From: a virus | Direction: 5' to 3' (one strand) | DNA: 64,000 nt | Virus record (IMG/VR): IMGVR_UViG_3300044611_002466 | Span: 64,001 to 128,000 of that record | Shown: positions 27,843-37,522 of the stretch, one piece after another | Numbering within the stretch: position 1 is the stretch's first letter | Layout: every line of letters begins with the position of its first letter | Made by a program: the position numbers and the translations under genes | Notes under the pieces: model-generated | Databases searched by the model: none | What the model saw: only the letters and a program-made list of their open reading frames with translations | What the model was told of the DNA's origin: nothing

Positions 27843-27870
27843 GGCCCCAGCAGTACGAGCTGCTGGGGCC
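27843..27870 (-). terminator. Intrinsic terminator hairpin
   Basis: 11-bp stem GGCCCCAGCAG/CTGCTGGGGCC. Confidence 0.7.
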
Positions 27871-27876
27871 CGGGAA

Positions 27877-28089
27877 TCAGCGGACGACGACGCCCAAGGC
27901 AGCGAACTTCTCGCGTTCCTGTCGAGCCTCTTCGCGCAACCTCTCCGCCTCCGCGAGCTTCTTCGCCGCCTGGAGCTCGCACTTGGCGGCGCGCGCTTCC
28001 TGCTCACCGCCGGGCTGGAGGTAGAACCCTGCGTCCATCCGACCGGTCTTGCGAATGGCGGAGGCGGGTACGATCCCGCAGCGAGCCAT
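27877..28089 (-). CDS. Hypothetical protein
   Basis: 70-aa ORF before the terminator. Confidence 0.55.
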   Translation of the reverse strand: MARCGIVPASAIRKTGRMDAGFYLQPGGEQEARAAKCELQAAKKLAEAERLREEARQEREKFAALGVVVR

Positions 28090-28524
28090 TTACTCCCCCA
28101 ACTTGATGGCGACGTTGTACTCGCTCGTGTAGTCGTGCTTGGCACGCCACTCCACCTGGACCTCACTCAGGTCCGATCGGTGGAAGCGCACCTCCCACAT
28201 CTCTGTTGCAGCGGCCTGGATGCCTCCCACGAGCGACGCGTCCACCTCGGCGGGTCCGCCGTTGACGTCGATCATGGCGAAGTCGGCCGCCTGGCGGGCC
28301 TCGTCACAGTGCTGCTGGAAGTGGCGCAGCTCGACGGCATCTCCCCGATAGATGACCCAGCTGAAGGTGTCCGGGAGGCTGGGGAGCGGGAGCTCACACA
28401 GCTGCCGCGCGGTCTCCCTCAGGCCTCTCAGGAACTTGATGTCGTTCTCCGAGATCATGAGGATGTGGCTGATGGCGGTGTCCCCGCCGGACGAGTAGTA
28501 GATGTGCCTCTTCTCGGGACTCAT
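28090..28524 (-). CDS. Hypothetical protein
   Basis: ATGA overlap. Confidence 0.55.
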   Translation of the reverse strand: MSPEKRHIYYSSGGDTAISHILMISENDIKFLRGLRETARQLCELPLPSLPDTFSWVIYRGDAVELRHFQQHCDEARQAADFAMIDVNGGPAEVDASLVGGIQAAATEMWEVRFHRSDLSEVQVEWRAKHDYTSEYNVAIKLGE

Positions 28525-28883
28525 CCGAAGAGCTCCGTACGCTGTGTGCTGAGCGTGGCAGAGATCACCGAGCGGCGCTCGTTGAAGCGCTGAGCCACCT
28601 CCTTCGCGACGGGCCGCAGCCCGGTCGCCTTCCACACCCACACGCAGCTCTCGATGGTCTGCTCGAGCCACCCGTTCTCGCGCACGGCCGGCAGCGCGCC
28701 CCACCTGCTGAGCGCGGCGTGCCACACCGCGACGTCCTCGTGCTCCACCAGCTCGCCCTTCTCGTCCAGGACGAAGTAGACAAGCGGGCCGGCGGGAGCC
28801 GGAGGCGCCTCAGCCTTCGCCTCCTGCCACACCCCCACACGAAACTCGACCTCTTCCCGATACGGAATGTTCACGACGTCCAT
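28521..28883 (-). CDS. Hypothetical protein
   Basis: ORF track; start refined. Confidence 0.5.
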   Translation of the reverse strand: MDVVNIPYREEVEFRVGVWQEAKAEAPPAPAGPLVYFVLDEKGELVEHEDVAVWHAALSRWGALPAVRENGWLEQTIESCVWVWKATGLRPVAKEVAQRFNERRSVISATLSTQRTELFG

Positions 28884-28926
28884 ACAAGCACCCCACGATT
28901 GAGAGTTGATAGCGTAGCGTGCATCG

Positions 28927-29181
28927 CTACTTCCAGCGGTCGATGATGACCTCTGCACGCGAGCCGTCCGGCTTCTTCCCGCTCTCGACGTAGCAGGTGC
29001 CGCTGTTGCCGTAGATACGGCAGTAGACCCGCCGCCATCTCCTTGAGCCCGGGAGCTGCACCATGAGGGTCATCGGGATGCGAGACCCGTACCCGCTCAG
29101 ATTAAACGAAACACCCATCTTCTGCCACCAGAGGAGCTTTTCCTTCCAGCGACAGGGCTTGCCATTCGCAGTAACCTCCAT
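28927..29181 (-). CDS. Hypothetical protein
   Basis: GYG..IP..LMV...RWRRVYC...GNSGTCYV small phage-type ORF. Confidence 0.6.
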   Translation of the reverse strand: MEVTANGKPCRWKEKLLWWQKMGVSFNLSGYGSRIPMTLMVQLPGSRRWRRVYCRIYGNSGTCYVESGKKPDGSRAEVIIDRWK

Positions 29182-29591
29182 GACTCACTCCCGCGCATAG
29201 TCCTTACATCATTAACGCGCCGGACATGCAGCAGATGAAGCACTCCTGGGCAGCGCGCAGTTGTCGCATACTCGGTGTTCCTGTAGATCAGCCGGAACCG
29301 TATGTCCGGCTCAGCCGCGCGGTACCGTCGGTAGTTGTCCTGAAGCCATCCTCTGTATCCACCGCGCTGACACTGCACGATGAGGAGATCCTCCCATCCA
29401 TGTACGCGTCCGTAGTAGCCCTGGAGGACTCGGTACTTCGCCGAGGGTGGCCAGCCAGATCGATCTTGGGTGCCTGTACGAAGGAACCAGCGCGCACGAC
29501 AGAATACCGTGCGTGCGCGCTTAGTTGCACCGCAGAGGGGCAGCTCCTCCAAGAGCTGCCCCTCGCAATCGCGGAGGTTGGTAGTCGTCAT
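29097..29591 (-). CDS. Hypothetical protein
   Basis: YRVLQGYYG..GWEDL motif; ATGA overlap; overlaps the downstream gene. Confidence 0.45.
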   Translation of the reverse strand: MTTTNLRDCEGQLLEELPLCGATKRARTVFCRARWFLRTGTQDRSGWPPSAKYRVLQGYYGRVHGWEDLLIVQCQRGGYRGWLQDNYRRYRAAEPDIRFRLIYRNTEYATTARCPGVLHLLHVRRVNDVRTMRGSESWRLLRMASPVAGRKSSSGGRRWVFRLI

Positions 29592-29755
29592 CGTCCGAGT
29601 TCGCCGGTGTAGCAGTACACGCCCACGAGGGTCCACACGTGGTGCGGGCCGAACTCCTCGACCGCCTGCTCGATCGCAGCTTTCTTGGAGCTGGCGAAGA
29701 TCCGGCGCGTGCTCACGACGGGGTTGAACGCCGGAATAGGATCTGTGCGTGACAT
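29588..29755 (-). CDS. Small hypothetical protein
   Basis: Coupled ORF. Confidence 0.45.
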   Translation of the reverse strand: MSRTDPIPAFNPVVSTRRIFASSKKAAIEQAVEEFGPHHVWTLVGVYCYTGELGR

Positions 29756-29796
29756 CGTCACGTCGTACTCCCGGTCGGTACTCCGTCCCCAGACCC

Positions 29797-30114
29797 TCAT
29801 GCCCATGTCGAGTCCTGCGGGTCGTTCACGTTGGGGACGTTCTCCTGTCCGAAGTAGGCGCGGCAGTCCGCTCGAAGAGCCCGACGAAGTCTACGCGTCT
29901 TCAGCAGGCGCTGGAGGATGCCCGCGTAGTCAGGCCAGTTCTCGGGCCGGGGCTCCTCGTTGAGAGCCATCTCGTCGAACGAAGAGCGCCAGACCGCGAA
30001 CGCGGCCACTTCCTGCCAGTCCTTCTCCTTCATCCAGGAGAGCTCCGGGAAGCATGCGGTGAGGGCGCCGATCTCTTCCGTGGTCAGCGGTTCCGTCGAC
30101 ATCACCACTCCCAC
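29797..30114 (-). CDS. Hypothetical protein
   Basis: ORF track. Confidence 0.55.
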   Translation of the reverse strand: MGVVMSTEPLTTEEIGALTACFPELSWMKEKDWQEVAAFAVWRSSFDEMALNEEPRPENWPDYAGILQRLLKTRRLRRALRADCRAYFGQENVPNVNDPQDSTWA

Positions 30115-31160
30115 TTCGGCAGGTCGTCGCAGGCCTCCGCGTCTCGGTCGAAGTCGATGAGCAAGGCCTTCTCCTCCCTCGCCACCTTCAGGATCGGCCG
30201 GAGCCAGTCCGGCTCACCGGCGAGCTGCTCGTCGGACGGGGTGCCGTCCACGCCCGGCACGAAGACCACCCATCCGCACTCATGCGACACGGCGCGCACG
30301 TCCCCCCAGGGCGGGCTGGCCGAGGGCATGTGAGCGGTGGAGAGGTCCAGCGTCTTCTTGGTCGAGTTGCGCAGAAGAGCCATCTTCGTCCACCCCGCCT
30401 CCATGAGGTACCGGACTTGGCTGGTCGATCCCTCGTTGTTGATGTCAGACGCCTCGACGCTCTTCGCGTCGTGCACAACCTCGTCGAGGTCGTTGAGCTC
30501 GTCGACGGCCGTAGCGAACTGCTCGAACTCCGCCGCCTTCTTGGCACGAGCATGGGCGACGCCTCGAGCGGCCTCGGTACCGGCCTCCTTCGCAGCTTCC
30601 ATGCCGTAGAAGCCCCAGCAGCTCTCGGACATGTCTCCATCGACGACGTAGCCGTACACATCACCGCTGAGGTACTGGTTCCACTCGGCGACATGCGCCT
30701 CGGCGAGCTTCCTCCAGTCGACTTCCGCCTCCGGAATGCCGGAGTACTCGGCCCATTCCTTGCGGGGGATGAGGATCCACCCACAGCGGCTCACGTCCCA
30801 TTGCTGATCGGGGAAGGTAGAGGCCCTCTCGGAGCCCATGAGCGCGAGCACCACACCCCCGTGGATGTAGCTCGCCAGCGGCCAGATGGACCACGTCTTC
30901 TCCCCCTCCGGCTCGGCTGCGCGCTCACGGAGCCACTCTCTGATGTCAGCGCGCGAACGCTTGTCCTTCATCTCCTCAGGACAGACCTCGAGCTCGCGGT
31001 GGAAGTGCATCAGGTAGATCGGTGCGTCGGCGCTGTCTTCCGGATTCGAGGCGTGCTCGTCGATGAAGATCTGCACCAGGATCTCTTCCATCGTGAACGT
31101 CTCCACGGGCTTTGTCTCTCGTCCCATCGGTCCTTCCATTCGGTGAGGGAGCTCACCCAT
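30102..31160 (-). CDS. Two-domain hypothetical protein; C-terminal DUF5983-like domain
   Basis: YIHGG..WD..G...GDVYGY..SCWGFYG block; DLSTAH...GWVVFV...IDFDRDA...LP.WEW (recalled family, not searched). Confidence 0.55.
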   Translation of the reverse strand: MGELPHRMEGPMGRETKPVETFTMEEILVQIFIDEHASNPEDSADAPIYLMHFHRELEVCPEEMKDKRSRADIREWLRERAAEPEGEKTWSIWPLASYIHGGVVLALMGSERASTFPDQQWDVSRCGWILIPRKEWAEYSGIPEAEVDWRKLAEAHVAEWNQYLSGDVYGYVVDGDMSESCWGFYGMEAAKEAGTEAARGVAHARAKKAAEFEQFATAVDELNDLDEVVHDAKSVEASDINNEGSTSQVRYLMEAGWTKMALLRNSTKKTLDLSTAHMPSASPPWGDVRAVSHECGWVVFVPGVDGTPSDEQLAGEPDWLRPILKVAREEKALLIDFDRDAEACDDLPKWEW

Positions 31161-33054
31161 CTGTGTTGTTGCGGTACTCTGCGCTGGAGCCGGCCTCCTC
31201 GATGTAGGCGAGTCGCATGCGCACGTCCGAGCCCATGAGGTCCTGGAGCGTTGTCGCCGCCAGGAGCTCTTCGCCTTCCGGGATCGTCACGCGGAGCAGG
31301 CGTCGCGTCGATGGGTCCATGGTCGTGGCGTACAGCATCGCCGCCGGCATCTCGCCCAGTCCCTTGAAGTACGAGACCTGCGCCGTTCCCCGCATCCCAC
31401 GTGGCAGCGACGCGAGGTAGACGTCCCGCTCCTCGTCGTTGATCGCCCAGAAAGATGCGGAGCCCGCGTTGATCCTGTAGAGCGGAGGACACGCCAAGAA
31501 CAACTTCCCTGCGCGGATGAGCTGAGGCATCGCGCGGAAGAAGAACGTGAGCAGCAGCGTGGAGATGTGGTGCCCGTCCACATCGGCGTCGACCATCAGG
31601 AGGACCTTGCCGTAGCGCAGCTTGCTGAGGTCGAAGTCGTTCCCGATTCCGCACCCCAGCGCCTGGATGAGGTTCGAGATCTCCTGATTCGACTCCATCT
31701 TCTGGAGAGGTACCTCCATCACGTTCAGGACCTTCCCGCGCAGAGGAAGGACGGCCTGCACGTCTCGGTTGCGTCCCTGCTTGGCCGAGCCACCGGCGGA
31801 GTCCCCCTCCACGACGAAGAGCTCGGTCTCCGCCACGCTCGACGAGCTGCAGTCGGCCAGCTTGCCGGGGAGCGTGATGGCCCGCACCGGGCTCTTGCGC
31901 CGAACGTCGTAGACCGCGTCCCGTGCGGCCGTACGTGCCCTCGCAGCCTCCACCACGCGCGCTGCGAGACGTTCCGACTGCTTGTGGTTGGTCTGGAGCC
32001 ACACGCCCAGGGCGCGGCGAACCTCCCCCGCCACGAAGCCCTGTACCTCCGGGTTGTTCAGGCGATCCTTCGTCTGGCCCTGGAACTGTGGGTTCTCCAC
32101 GAGCACGTGGATGGCCCCTATGAGGCCTTCCCGGACGTCCTCCGCTTCGACGGCTGGCTTGCGTGGGAGGAGGCCCCGCTCCTCCATGAAGTCGCGCACC
32201 GTCGCCGCCACGACGGTCTTCAGGCCTGCGACGTGCGTGCCGCCGTCCCTGGTCGGGATGCCGTTCGCGAAGGCCTGCAAGGTCTCGTCCATCTGCCGGT
32301 GGTCCGTGGTCCACGTGAGGGCGACGTGCAGGTTGGCGAGCGTGAGGAGGAAGGGGAACTCCGTCACGCTCGTGAGCTTCTCGTCGACGAGGCGCTCCGT
32401 CAGCATGTCCGACAGCCCGCCCTTGAAGCAGAACTCCTCCCCCGCCAGGAGGAAGCGTACTCCCGGATTCAGGTACGCCTTCACCTTGACCCGCTCTCGG
32501 ACCAGGGCGCGATCGAACACCTGCTCGCCGAAGATCTGCACGTCGGGAGTGAACGTGGTCTTCGTCCCCCGCCGGGTCGCGCGCCCCGTGCGCGCGATCT
32601 TGGCCACGCTGGGGATGCCGCGGCGGTACACCTGCGTGTACGTCTGCTCCCCCCTGCCGATGGTGATCTGCAGGCTGGACGACAACGCGTTCACCACGCT
32701 GCTGCCCACGCCATGCAGACCACCCGCGTTCTTGTAGGCACCGCCTCCGAACTTCCCGCCCGAGTGCAGGGTGGTGAGGATCACCTCGACGGCCGGCCTG
32801 CCGCTCTTGTGCATGTCGAAGGGGATGCCGCGGCCGTTGTCCGTCACCGTCGCCGAGGTCGCCGTGCTGTCCAGCTCGATCTCTACCTCGGTGGCGTGCC
32901 CCGCGATGGCCTCGTCGACGGAGTTGTCGACGATCTCCCACAGCAGGTGGTGGAACCCATCCTTCCCGGTGCCGCCCACGTACATGCCGGGGCGTTTGCG
33001 CACCGGGTCCAGACCCTCGAGAACCTCGATGCTCGAAGCGTCGTAACCGCTCAT
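31153..33054 (-). CDS. gyrB: Type IIA DNA topoisomerase subunit B (GyrB/ParE-type)
   Basis: VRKRPGMY, EIVDNSVDE, DNGRGIP, LHSGGKF, GLHGVG, VEGDSAGGSAK, PLRGK, DADVDG.HI, KGLGEM; gyrB versus parE not resolvable. Confidence 0.93.
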   Translation of the reverse strand: MSGYDASSIEVLEGLDPVRKRPGMYVGGTGKDGFHHLLWEIVDNSVDEAIAGHATEVEIELDSTATSATVTDNGRGIPFDMHKSGRPAVEVILTTLHSGGKFGGGAYKNAGGLHGVGSSVVNALSSSLQITIGRGEQTYTQVYRRGIPSVAKIARTGRATRRGTKTTFTPDVQIFGEQVFDRALVRERVKVKAYLNPGVRFLLAGEEFCFKGGLSDMLTERLVDEKLTSVTEFPFLLTLANLHVALTWTTDHRQMDETLQAFANGIPTRDGGTHVAGLKTVVAATVRDFMEERGLLPRKPAVEAEDVREGLIGAIHVLVENPQFQGQTKDRLNNPEVQGFVAGEVRRALGVWLQTNHKQSERLAARVVEAARARTAARDAVYDVRRKSPVRAITLPGKLADCSSSSVAETELFVVEGDSAGGSAKQGRNRDVQAVLPLRGKVLNVMEVPLQKMESNQEISNLIQALGCGIGNDFDLSKLRYGKVLLMVDADVDGHHISTLLLTFFFRAMPQLIRAGKLFLACPPLYRINAGSASFWAINDEERDVYLASLPRGMRGTAQVSYFKGLGEMPAAMLYATTMDPSTRRLLRVTIPEGEELLAATTLQDLMGSDVRMRLAYIEEAGSSAEYRNNTDG

Positions 33055-33380
33055 TGTCGTCGTTCCTTCCACGTGAGGCGTAGTGCGGAGAAGTCCTCGC
33101 TCAGCAGCCAGCGCTGGAAGGCGTCGATGACTTCCCGCTGCGGAATGCCGCGAGTCGCCGCGATCCTCCGAATCTCGGTCTCCCCTCGAAGCCGCTCCTG
33201 CAGTACGCGCTTGTCCTCCTGCAGCTCGGACATCTCCAACATGAGCGCGCCCACCAGGCGGTCGTGGTCGCGCACACGCTGGGATGCGTCCAGCAGCTTA
33301 CGCAACAGCTTCTGCTCGAGCTGGGTGGGGAGTCGTTCCTGGGACGGTGGAGTCGCCTCTCCGTTCGTCACAGCGTCCAT
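33051..33380 (-). CDS. Hypothetical coiled-coil protein
   Basis: Overlaps the topoisomerase start. Confidence 0.55.
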   Translation of the reverse strand: MDAVTNGEATPPSQERLPTQLEQKLLRKLLDASQRVRDHDRLVGALMLEMSELQEDKRVLQERLRGETEIRRIAATRGIPQREVIDAFQRWLLSEDFSALRLTWKERRQ

Positions 33381-33586
33381 GAGTCACCCTGGAGCGTGAG
33401 CTCCACGCTGCGGGAGCGCTGGTGGTACTGGACGGTCACGGTGGAACTTCCGAGGGCCTCGATGTCCTTTCGGTCCACCAGCAACCCGTCGGGCTGCCGC
33501 ATGAAGCGCTCACCACCTACGAAGGCGGCGAGAACTTCGGCCTTTGATGTGTAGTCTTGTTCTGGCACTGGAGACAGAGTTGGCAC
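33368..33586 (-). CDS. Hypothetical protein
   Basis: GGGAGG RBS downstream of CATAAG. Confidence 0.55.
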   Translation of the reverse strand: MPTLSPVPEQDYTSKAEVLAAFVGGERFMRQPDGLLVDRKDIEALGSSTVTVQYHQRSRSVELTLQGDSWTL

Positions 33587-33620
33587 GGTGCAATCCTCCC
33601 ATTAGTACGGATGCACCATG

Positions 33621-33628
33621 CTTATGAC
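33621..33628 (-). promoter_or_regulatory. GNCATAAG putative phage promoter
   Basis: CTTATGAC, intergenic. Confidence 0.6.
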
Positions 33629-33630
33629 AC

Positions 33631-34374
33631 CTACCTCGGGATCTTCGTCCAGGCGAGCGCCGCAGGCAGAGCCCGCAACGGCTCTGCGAGGTCCATGAAG
33701 TACGGGTACACGCTCTCGTAGTCAGCGCCCAGCGCCCGTCGGAGCCCGGCCCGGGTGCGCTGACCGCGCACTCCGTCCGGCTCCCCGATGTCGAACCCGG
33801 CGCGCAGGAGCAGCGCCTGAACGAGCCGGACGCTCGACTGCCACTCCCCTGCCTGGCCAACGTCGAGCGCGGCGCAGAGGCAGGCCGTCTCGTATCCCAG
33901 GCGCTGATGCACACCGACCCAGTCGTTCCAGCAGTCGAAGTGCCAGCGCTCGCTCTTCTTCTCATCGGGCATGGCGATGATGGGGCTGAACCCGAAGGGC
34001 GCCCCCGTCTCCCACAGGAGGTCCACCTGTCGAGAGGCGGGCTCGTGCGGGAATGCGTTCAGGGTGGCCAAGTCGACCGCGCGGCCCGCCTGGTGGTTGG
34101 ACCTGCCGGGCTTGTTGGCGGCGGCCACCGCCGCCGGCGCCTTCCCCTTACTGCCTCCGGCCTTCCAGGCGCGGAGCTCGTCGAGGTAGGCGGTGTACTG
34201 GTCCCGAAGGACCTGCTGCTGCGGGCACGTGCGCGTCAGCGAGTTGACGACGAAGCGACCCCCGCGGGCCTCAACCGCGGCCTTCCAGCCGAGCAGCTGG
34301 CCGCGCACATCATCGGCGCAGACGGCGCCCTCACCGAGCTCGGGGATGGGAACGAGGGGACGGAAGGCGGGCAT
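33631..34374 (-). CDS. Endolysin: M15-family Zn peptidase plus peptidoglycan-binding domain
   Basis: R..QQ, PGRSNHQAGRAVD (SxH..D), ERWHFD; C-terminal LQ.LL...G....PDG..G..T. Confidence 0.85.
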   Translation of the reverse strand: MPAFRPLVPIPELGEGAVCADDVRGQLLGWKAAVEARGGRFVVNSLTRTCPQQQVLRDQYTAYLDELRAWKAGGSKGKAPAAVAAANKPGRSNHQAGRAVDLATLNAFPHEPASRQVDLLWETGAPFGFSPIIAMPDEKKSERWHFDCWNDWVGVHQRLGYETACLCAALDVGQAGEWQSSVRLVQALLLRAGFDIGEPDGVRGQRTRAGLRRALGADYESVYPYFMDLAEPLRALPAALAWTKIPR

Positions 34375-34445
34375 GGACACTCTCCGGAAGGCAGGGGGGC
34401 TGTACGGGGACTCGGCTTCCCTAACAGCAACCCCCACTTAAAGGA

Positions 34446-34469
34446 ACGGCCCCTCCGAGGAGGGGCCGT
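34446..34469 (-). terminator. Intrinsic terminator hairpin
   Basis: ACGGCCCCTC/GAGGGGCCGT followed by TCCTTTAAG on -. Confidence 0.65.
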
Positions 34470-34472
34470 CGC

Positions 34473-35018
34473 TCACCACACAACGGCCTCCCGCGCTTCC
34501 GCTTCCTCGGCGCGGACTGCCTGTCCGTACAGGCCACGGAGATGATCGAGCTCAGGGTCGAGGGAGATCCACCCGCCCGGAGCCCCCAAGGTGCGCCGCC
34601 AGTAGGTGTCGTCCCAGTACCCGATGTCCGAGAAGACCGTCCCAGCCTCCTCAAGGGCACGCTCCAGGTCCGCCCCGCGCGGGATGATCACGGTCTTCTC
34701 GTAGCGGTACCGCTCGCCCCGCTCCCCTTCCACGGGAGCCACCGGCTTGAAGATCCTGACTCGTCGCATCTTCACCTCCTTCGGGGCATCCGCCGCCCCG
34801 TTGCACAACGCGTCCACGTACCAAAACCCGTTATTTTCCCTACTCTTGGCGCGGCTGACACGCTCCTGGAGCGCGTGACCCGGAATCAAGACGCGGTAGA
34901 GAACGACCACTCCTCGGTTGTCCTCCCGCTGCTCTCGGCCCGTCACCGTCCCGACCCCTCCCGGGTCGCCCTTCCTGGCCGTAACCCTGGCAGCATCTCC
35001 CAACTCAAATCGGTACAT
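34473..35018 (-). CDS. Hypothetical protein (single-gene CATAAG cassette)
   Basis: Promoter motif upstream, terminator downstream. Confidence 0.55.
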   Translation of the reverse strand: MYRFELGDAARVTARKGDPGGVGTVTGREQREDNRGVVVLYRVLIPGHALQERVSRAKSRENNGFWYVDALCNGAADAPKEVKMRRVRIFKPVAPVEGERGERYRYEKTVIIPRGADLERALEEAGTVFSDIGYWDDTYWRRTLGAPGGWISLDPELDHLRGLYGQAVRAEEAEAREAVVW

Positions 35019-35042
35019 TTCAGCTCCCATATGAGGTACTTA

Positions 35043-35050
35043 CTTATGAC
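35043..35050 (-). promoter_or_regulatory. GNCATAAG putative phage promoter
   Basis: CTTATGAC, intergenic. Confidence 0.6.
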
Positions 35051-35134
35051 CAGAAGGAGCTCCTTGTGCGCGGCCCCCCGGCCCGGCTACACTCTGCCGG
35101 GTTATCGGACGTCCGCCACAGGAGCTCGCAGTAA

Positions 35135-35539
35135 ATGTCCACCGAGACACCCACTCCCAAGCCCATGGATCCTCTTTCCGAGTGGATGCTCGAGATGACA
35201 GCAGCGCTCGAGCGGCTCTCAGCCCGTGTGCAGGCCACGGAGAAGACGGTGGACCAGCAGGGCATCACGCTGGCAGTCAACACCTCGACTGCCGCGGCCG
35301 CGGCCAGCGCGCTGTTGCGCATCGCCAAGGCGGAAGAGGATCGGCTCGTCTTCGATCGGCAGCAGACGGTCTCGCGGAAAGAGGCCGAGGCGGCGGCGAA
35401 GCTACGGTCAGACCAGTGGTTTCAGCGGTTCTGGGAGTCTCAGGCGGTGCAGCTCTTGTTCCTTGGCATCGTGTTGGCCCTCCTCCAGTATTTGGGAGTC
35501 TCTCAGATGATGAACGAGCTTCATTCGGCAACGCCGTGA
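35135..35539 (+). CDS. Holin-like protein (coiled coil plus one C-terminal TM helix)
   Basis: AVQLLFLGIVLALLQYLGV hydrophobic stretch; near the endolysin. Confidence 0.45.
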   Translation: MSTETPTPKPMDPLSEWMLEMTAALERLSARVQATEKTVDQQGITLAVNTSTAAAAASALLRIAKAEEDRLVFDRQQTVSRKEAEAAAKLRSDQWFQRFWESQAVQLLFLGIVLALLQYLGVSQMMNELHSATP

Positions 35540-35740
35540 GCCGAGCTCTCTTTCTGGCCCAGGAAGCGGTCTCCGCCGTACATGGAACGACGCTCCGCGC
35601 ACGAAGTACCTCCGAGACCGATGATGTCGCGTCGAGCATGGTGACGCGGCTGGTGAGGCTCAGGAGGGGTGCGGAGTTAAAAGAGCCCCCCTCCCGTGAG
35701 GAGGGGGAACTCAGCCCCGGCGGCCTACCGACCTGCCCTG

Positions 35741-37231
35741 TCAGAGCTCGAGCTTGAGCCGCTCGATCTGCACCCGCAGGCGCCTCGACACACCGCCGAG
35801 CTTGTCGGCCGAGATGCGCACCTCGTCCTCGATGCTCTGCACCGCGGACTTGATGGTGTCGCACTTCTTGATGACGTTCGCGATGCGCTCCGCGAGCTTC
35901 TCGGCCTCCGCGATGTCGGTATCGATCTTCGCGAAGTCGAACTCGGCAGCGTCCTTCTCCTTCGCCGCCTTGGTGATGAGCGCGGTCGCCACGGAGTGGG
36001 CCGCCTCGAGGTAGACGATCGAGAGGGGGTCGGCCGAGTCCCAGACGACGAGGACCGCGTTGCCGATGCGGCGCAGCGGCTTCATGCTGTGCGGGGCCGT
36101 GCGCTTGCTGAACACGAAGACGCCGACCTCGGCGTTCCGGTTCTTCATCCCGAGCTCGATCTCCGCCAAGGCCTTCGTGTCCCCGTAGGACTGATCCTCC
36201 TTGGCTTCATAGACGATGCGCGCACCCGCACCTACCCGGTCCGGGCCGATGGTGATGACGGCGTCGCCGACCTTGCAGTTGCGCACGGTGCCCGTGGTGG
36301 CGCCCGTGGCATCGAAGAGCTCGCCCGCGCCCTCCGCGATGTTCTCCATCTGCTGGAGGAGCTCGAACTCGAAGGCCATGCCGTGCTGGGTTCCGGTCGC
36401 CGCCACCCGCTTCTTCTCGTCGAAGCGCGCGAGCATCTCCAGGACGTTGTTCTGGAAGGCGAGCTGCTTGTCCCCCAGCTCGGTGAACTGGTCGTCGATG
36501 AGGCGACGCATGCGGGTCATGCCGCTGTCGGCGTTGTCCAAGCTGAACTGGTCCACCGTCAGCTTCTGCGCGGCCTCGACGCGTCCGACCAGCCGCGACA
36601 GCGCCGAGTCCGCGTGGTCCAGGGAGAGCTCGCGGCTGAAGTTGGCGTTGCGCTCCGTGATCGTCAGCACCAAGCGAGACAGCGCCGACTCCGGACGGTC
36701 GAGGCTGAACTCGCGGGCGACCGCGAGCCGCTGCTCCTCGATGTTCCGGGCCACCAGCGCCTCCACCTTCCCGTAGAGGCTCTCCCTCTGCTTGGGGTCG
36801 AGCATCTGGAACAGGGGGCTCCCCGTGCCCACCTGCTTGGCGATGCTCTGCGCCATGGGGCCCGTGTCCCCCAGCAGGGCCTGGATCTTCTTCTCCAAGT
36901 CCTTGACCACCTGGTCCTCGCGCTCGAGGAGGCGCAGGGCGCCCTGCTGGAAGGCCCCCGTCTGCGGGTGCAGGTACTGGGTCAGCGAGTTGCCGACCTG
37001 GGTGGCCACGCTCTGCGCGTGGGTGGTGAGCATCTCCCGCACGCCATGCACGATGGCGGCGCCCTCGCGCTTGATGGCGTCGGCGTCGATGACGCCTTCG
37101 GCGCTGCTCAGGGCGAGGACACCGATGCGCATCGCGGTGAGGGCGCGGACGCGCATTGCCTGCTCATCCACGCCGCCGCGCTCGAGGTAGCGAAGGACTT
37201 CGGGGTCGGTGATGCTGAGAACGAGGTTCAT
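35741..37231 (-). CDS. Long coiled-coil protein with PD-(D/E)xK-like C-terminal domain (RmuC/DUF2130-like)
   Basis: HG.AFE, KVGD.V, VYEAK, RNAEVGVFVF. Confidence 0.6.
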   Translation of the reverse strand: MNLVLSITDPEVLRYLERGGVDEQAMRVRALTAMRIGVLALSSAEGVIDADAIKREGAAIVHGVREMLTTHAQSVATQVGNSLTQYLHPQTGAFQQGALRLLEREDQVVKDLEKKIQALLGDTGPMAQSIAKQVGTGSPLFQMLDPKQRESLYGKVEALVARNIEEQRLAVAREFSLDRPESALSRLVLTITERNANFSRELSLDHADSALSRLVGRVEAAQKLTVDQFSLDNADSGMTRMRRLIDDQFTELGDKQLAFQNNVLEMLARFDEKKRVAATGTQHGMAFEFELLQQMENIAEGAGELFDATGATTGTVRNCKVGDAVITIGPDRVGAGARIVYEAKEDQSYGDTKALAEIELGMKNRNAEVGVFVFSKRTAPHSMKPLRRIGNAVLVVWDSADPLSIVYLEAAHSVATALITKAAKEKDAAEFDFAKIDTDIAEAEKLAERIANVIKKCDTIKSAVQSIEDEVRISADKLGGVSRRLRVQIERLKLEL

Positions 37232-37500
37232 GGGGTCTCCGGGGGGCTCGGGTAGTCGGACTCGAAGAGGAAGAGGGGCTTGTACTTGTCGACGGAGGGG
37301 CCAGAGCGCACCGTCCCCACGCCGACCTGGCCGATGTAGCCGCAGAGGCAGGTGAAGAAGCTCGGAAGGTCGGGGTTGCTGTCGCAGCTGAGCAGCATGA
37401 CGGCCTTTTCACAGTCAGGGCAGTACGAGCTGCCCATCTCGGTCAAGGCGTAGCGAGGCGGTGTGGGAGGAGTCTCGATGAGTTGGAGGAGCTGATCCAT
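37228..37500 (-). CDS. Small Zn-finger-like protein
   Basis: CPDC...CLCG. Confidence 0.5.
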   Translation of the reverse strand: MDQLLQLIETPPTPPRYALTEMGSSYCPDCEKAVMLLSCDSNPDLPSFFTCLCGYIGQVGVGTVRSGPSVDKYKPLFLFESDYPSPPETP

Positions 37501-37522
37501 GTCGGTCCCGTGCTTAGAGTGC

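Noticed and set aside
11712-37255. Very long opposite-strand or alternate-frame ORFs (e.g. 11712-13460 +, 18776-20824 +, 31010-32941 -, 31567-33399 +, 35696-37255 +)
   Set aside because: Arg/Gly/Pro-rich shadow frames expected at high GC; they overlap genes with clear motifs
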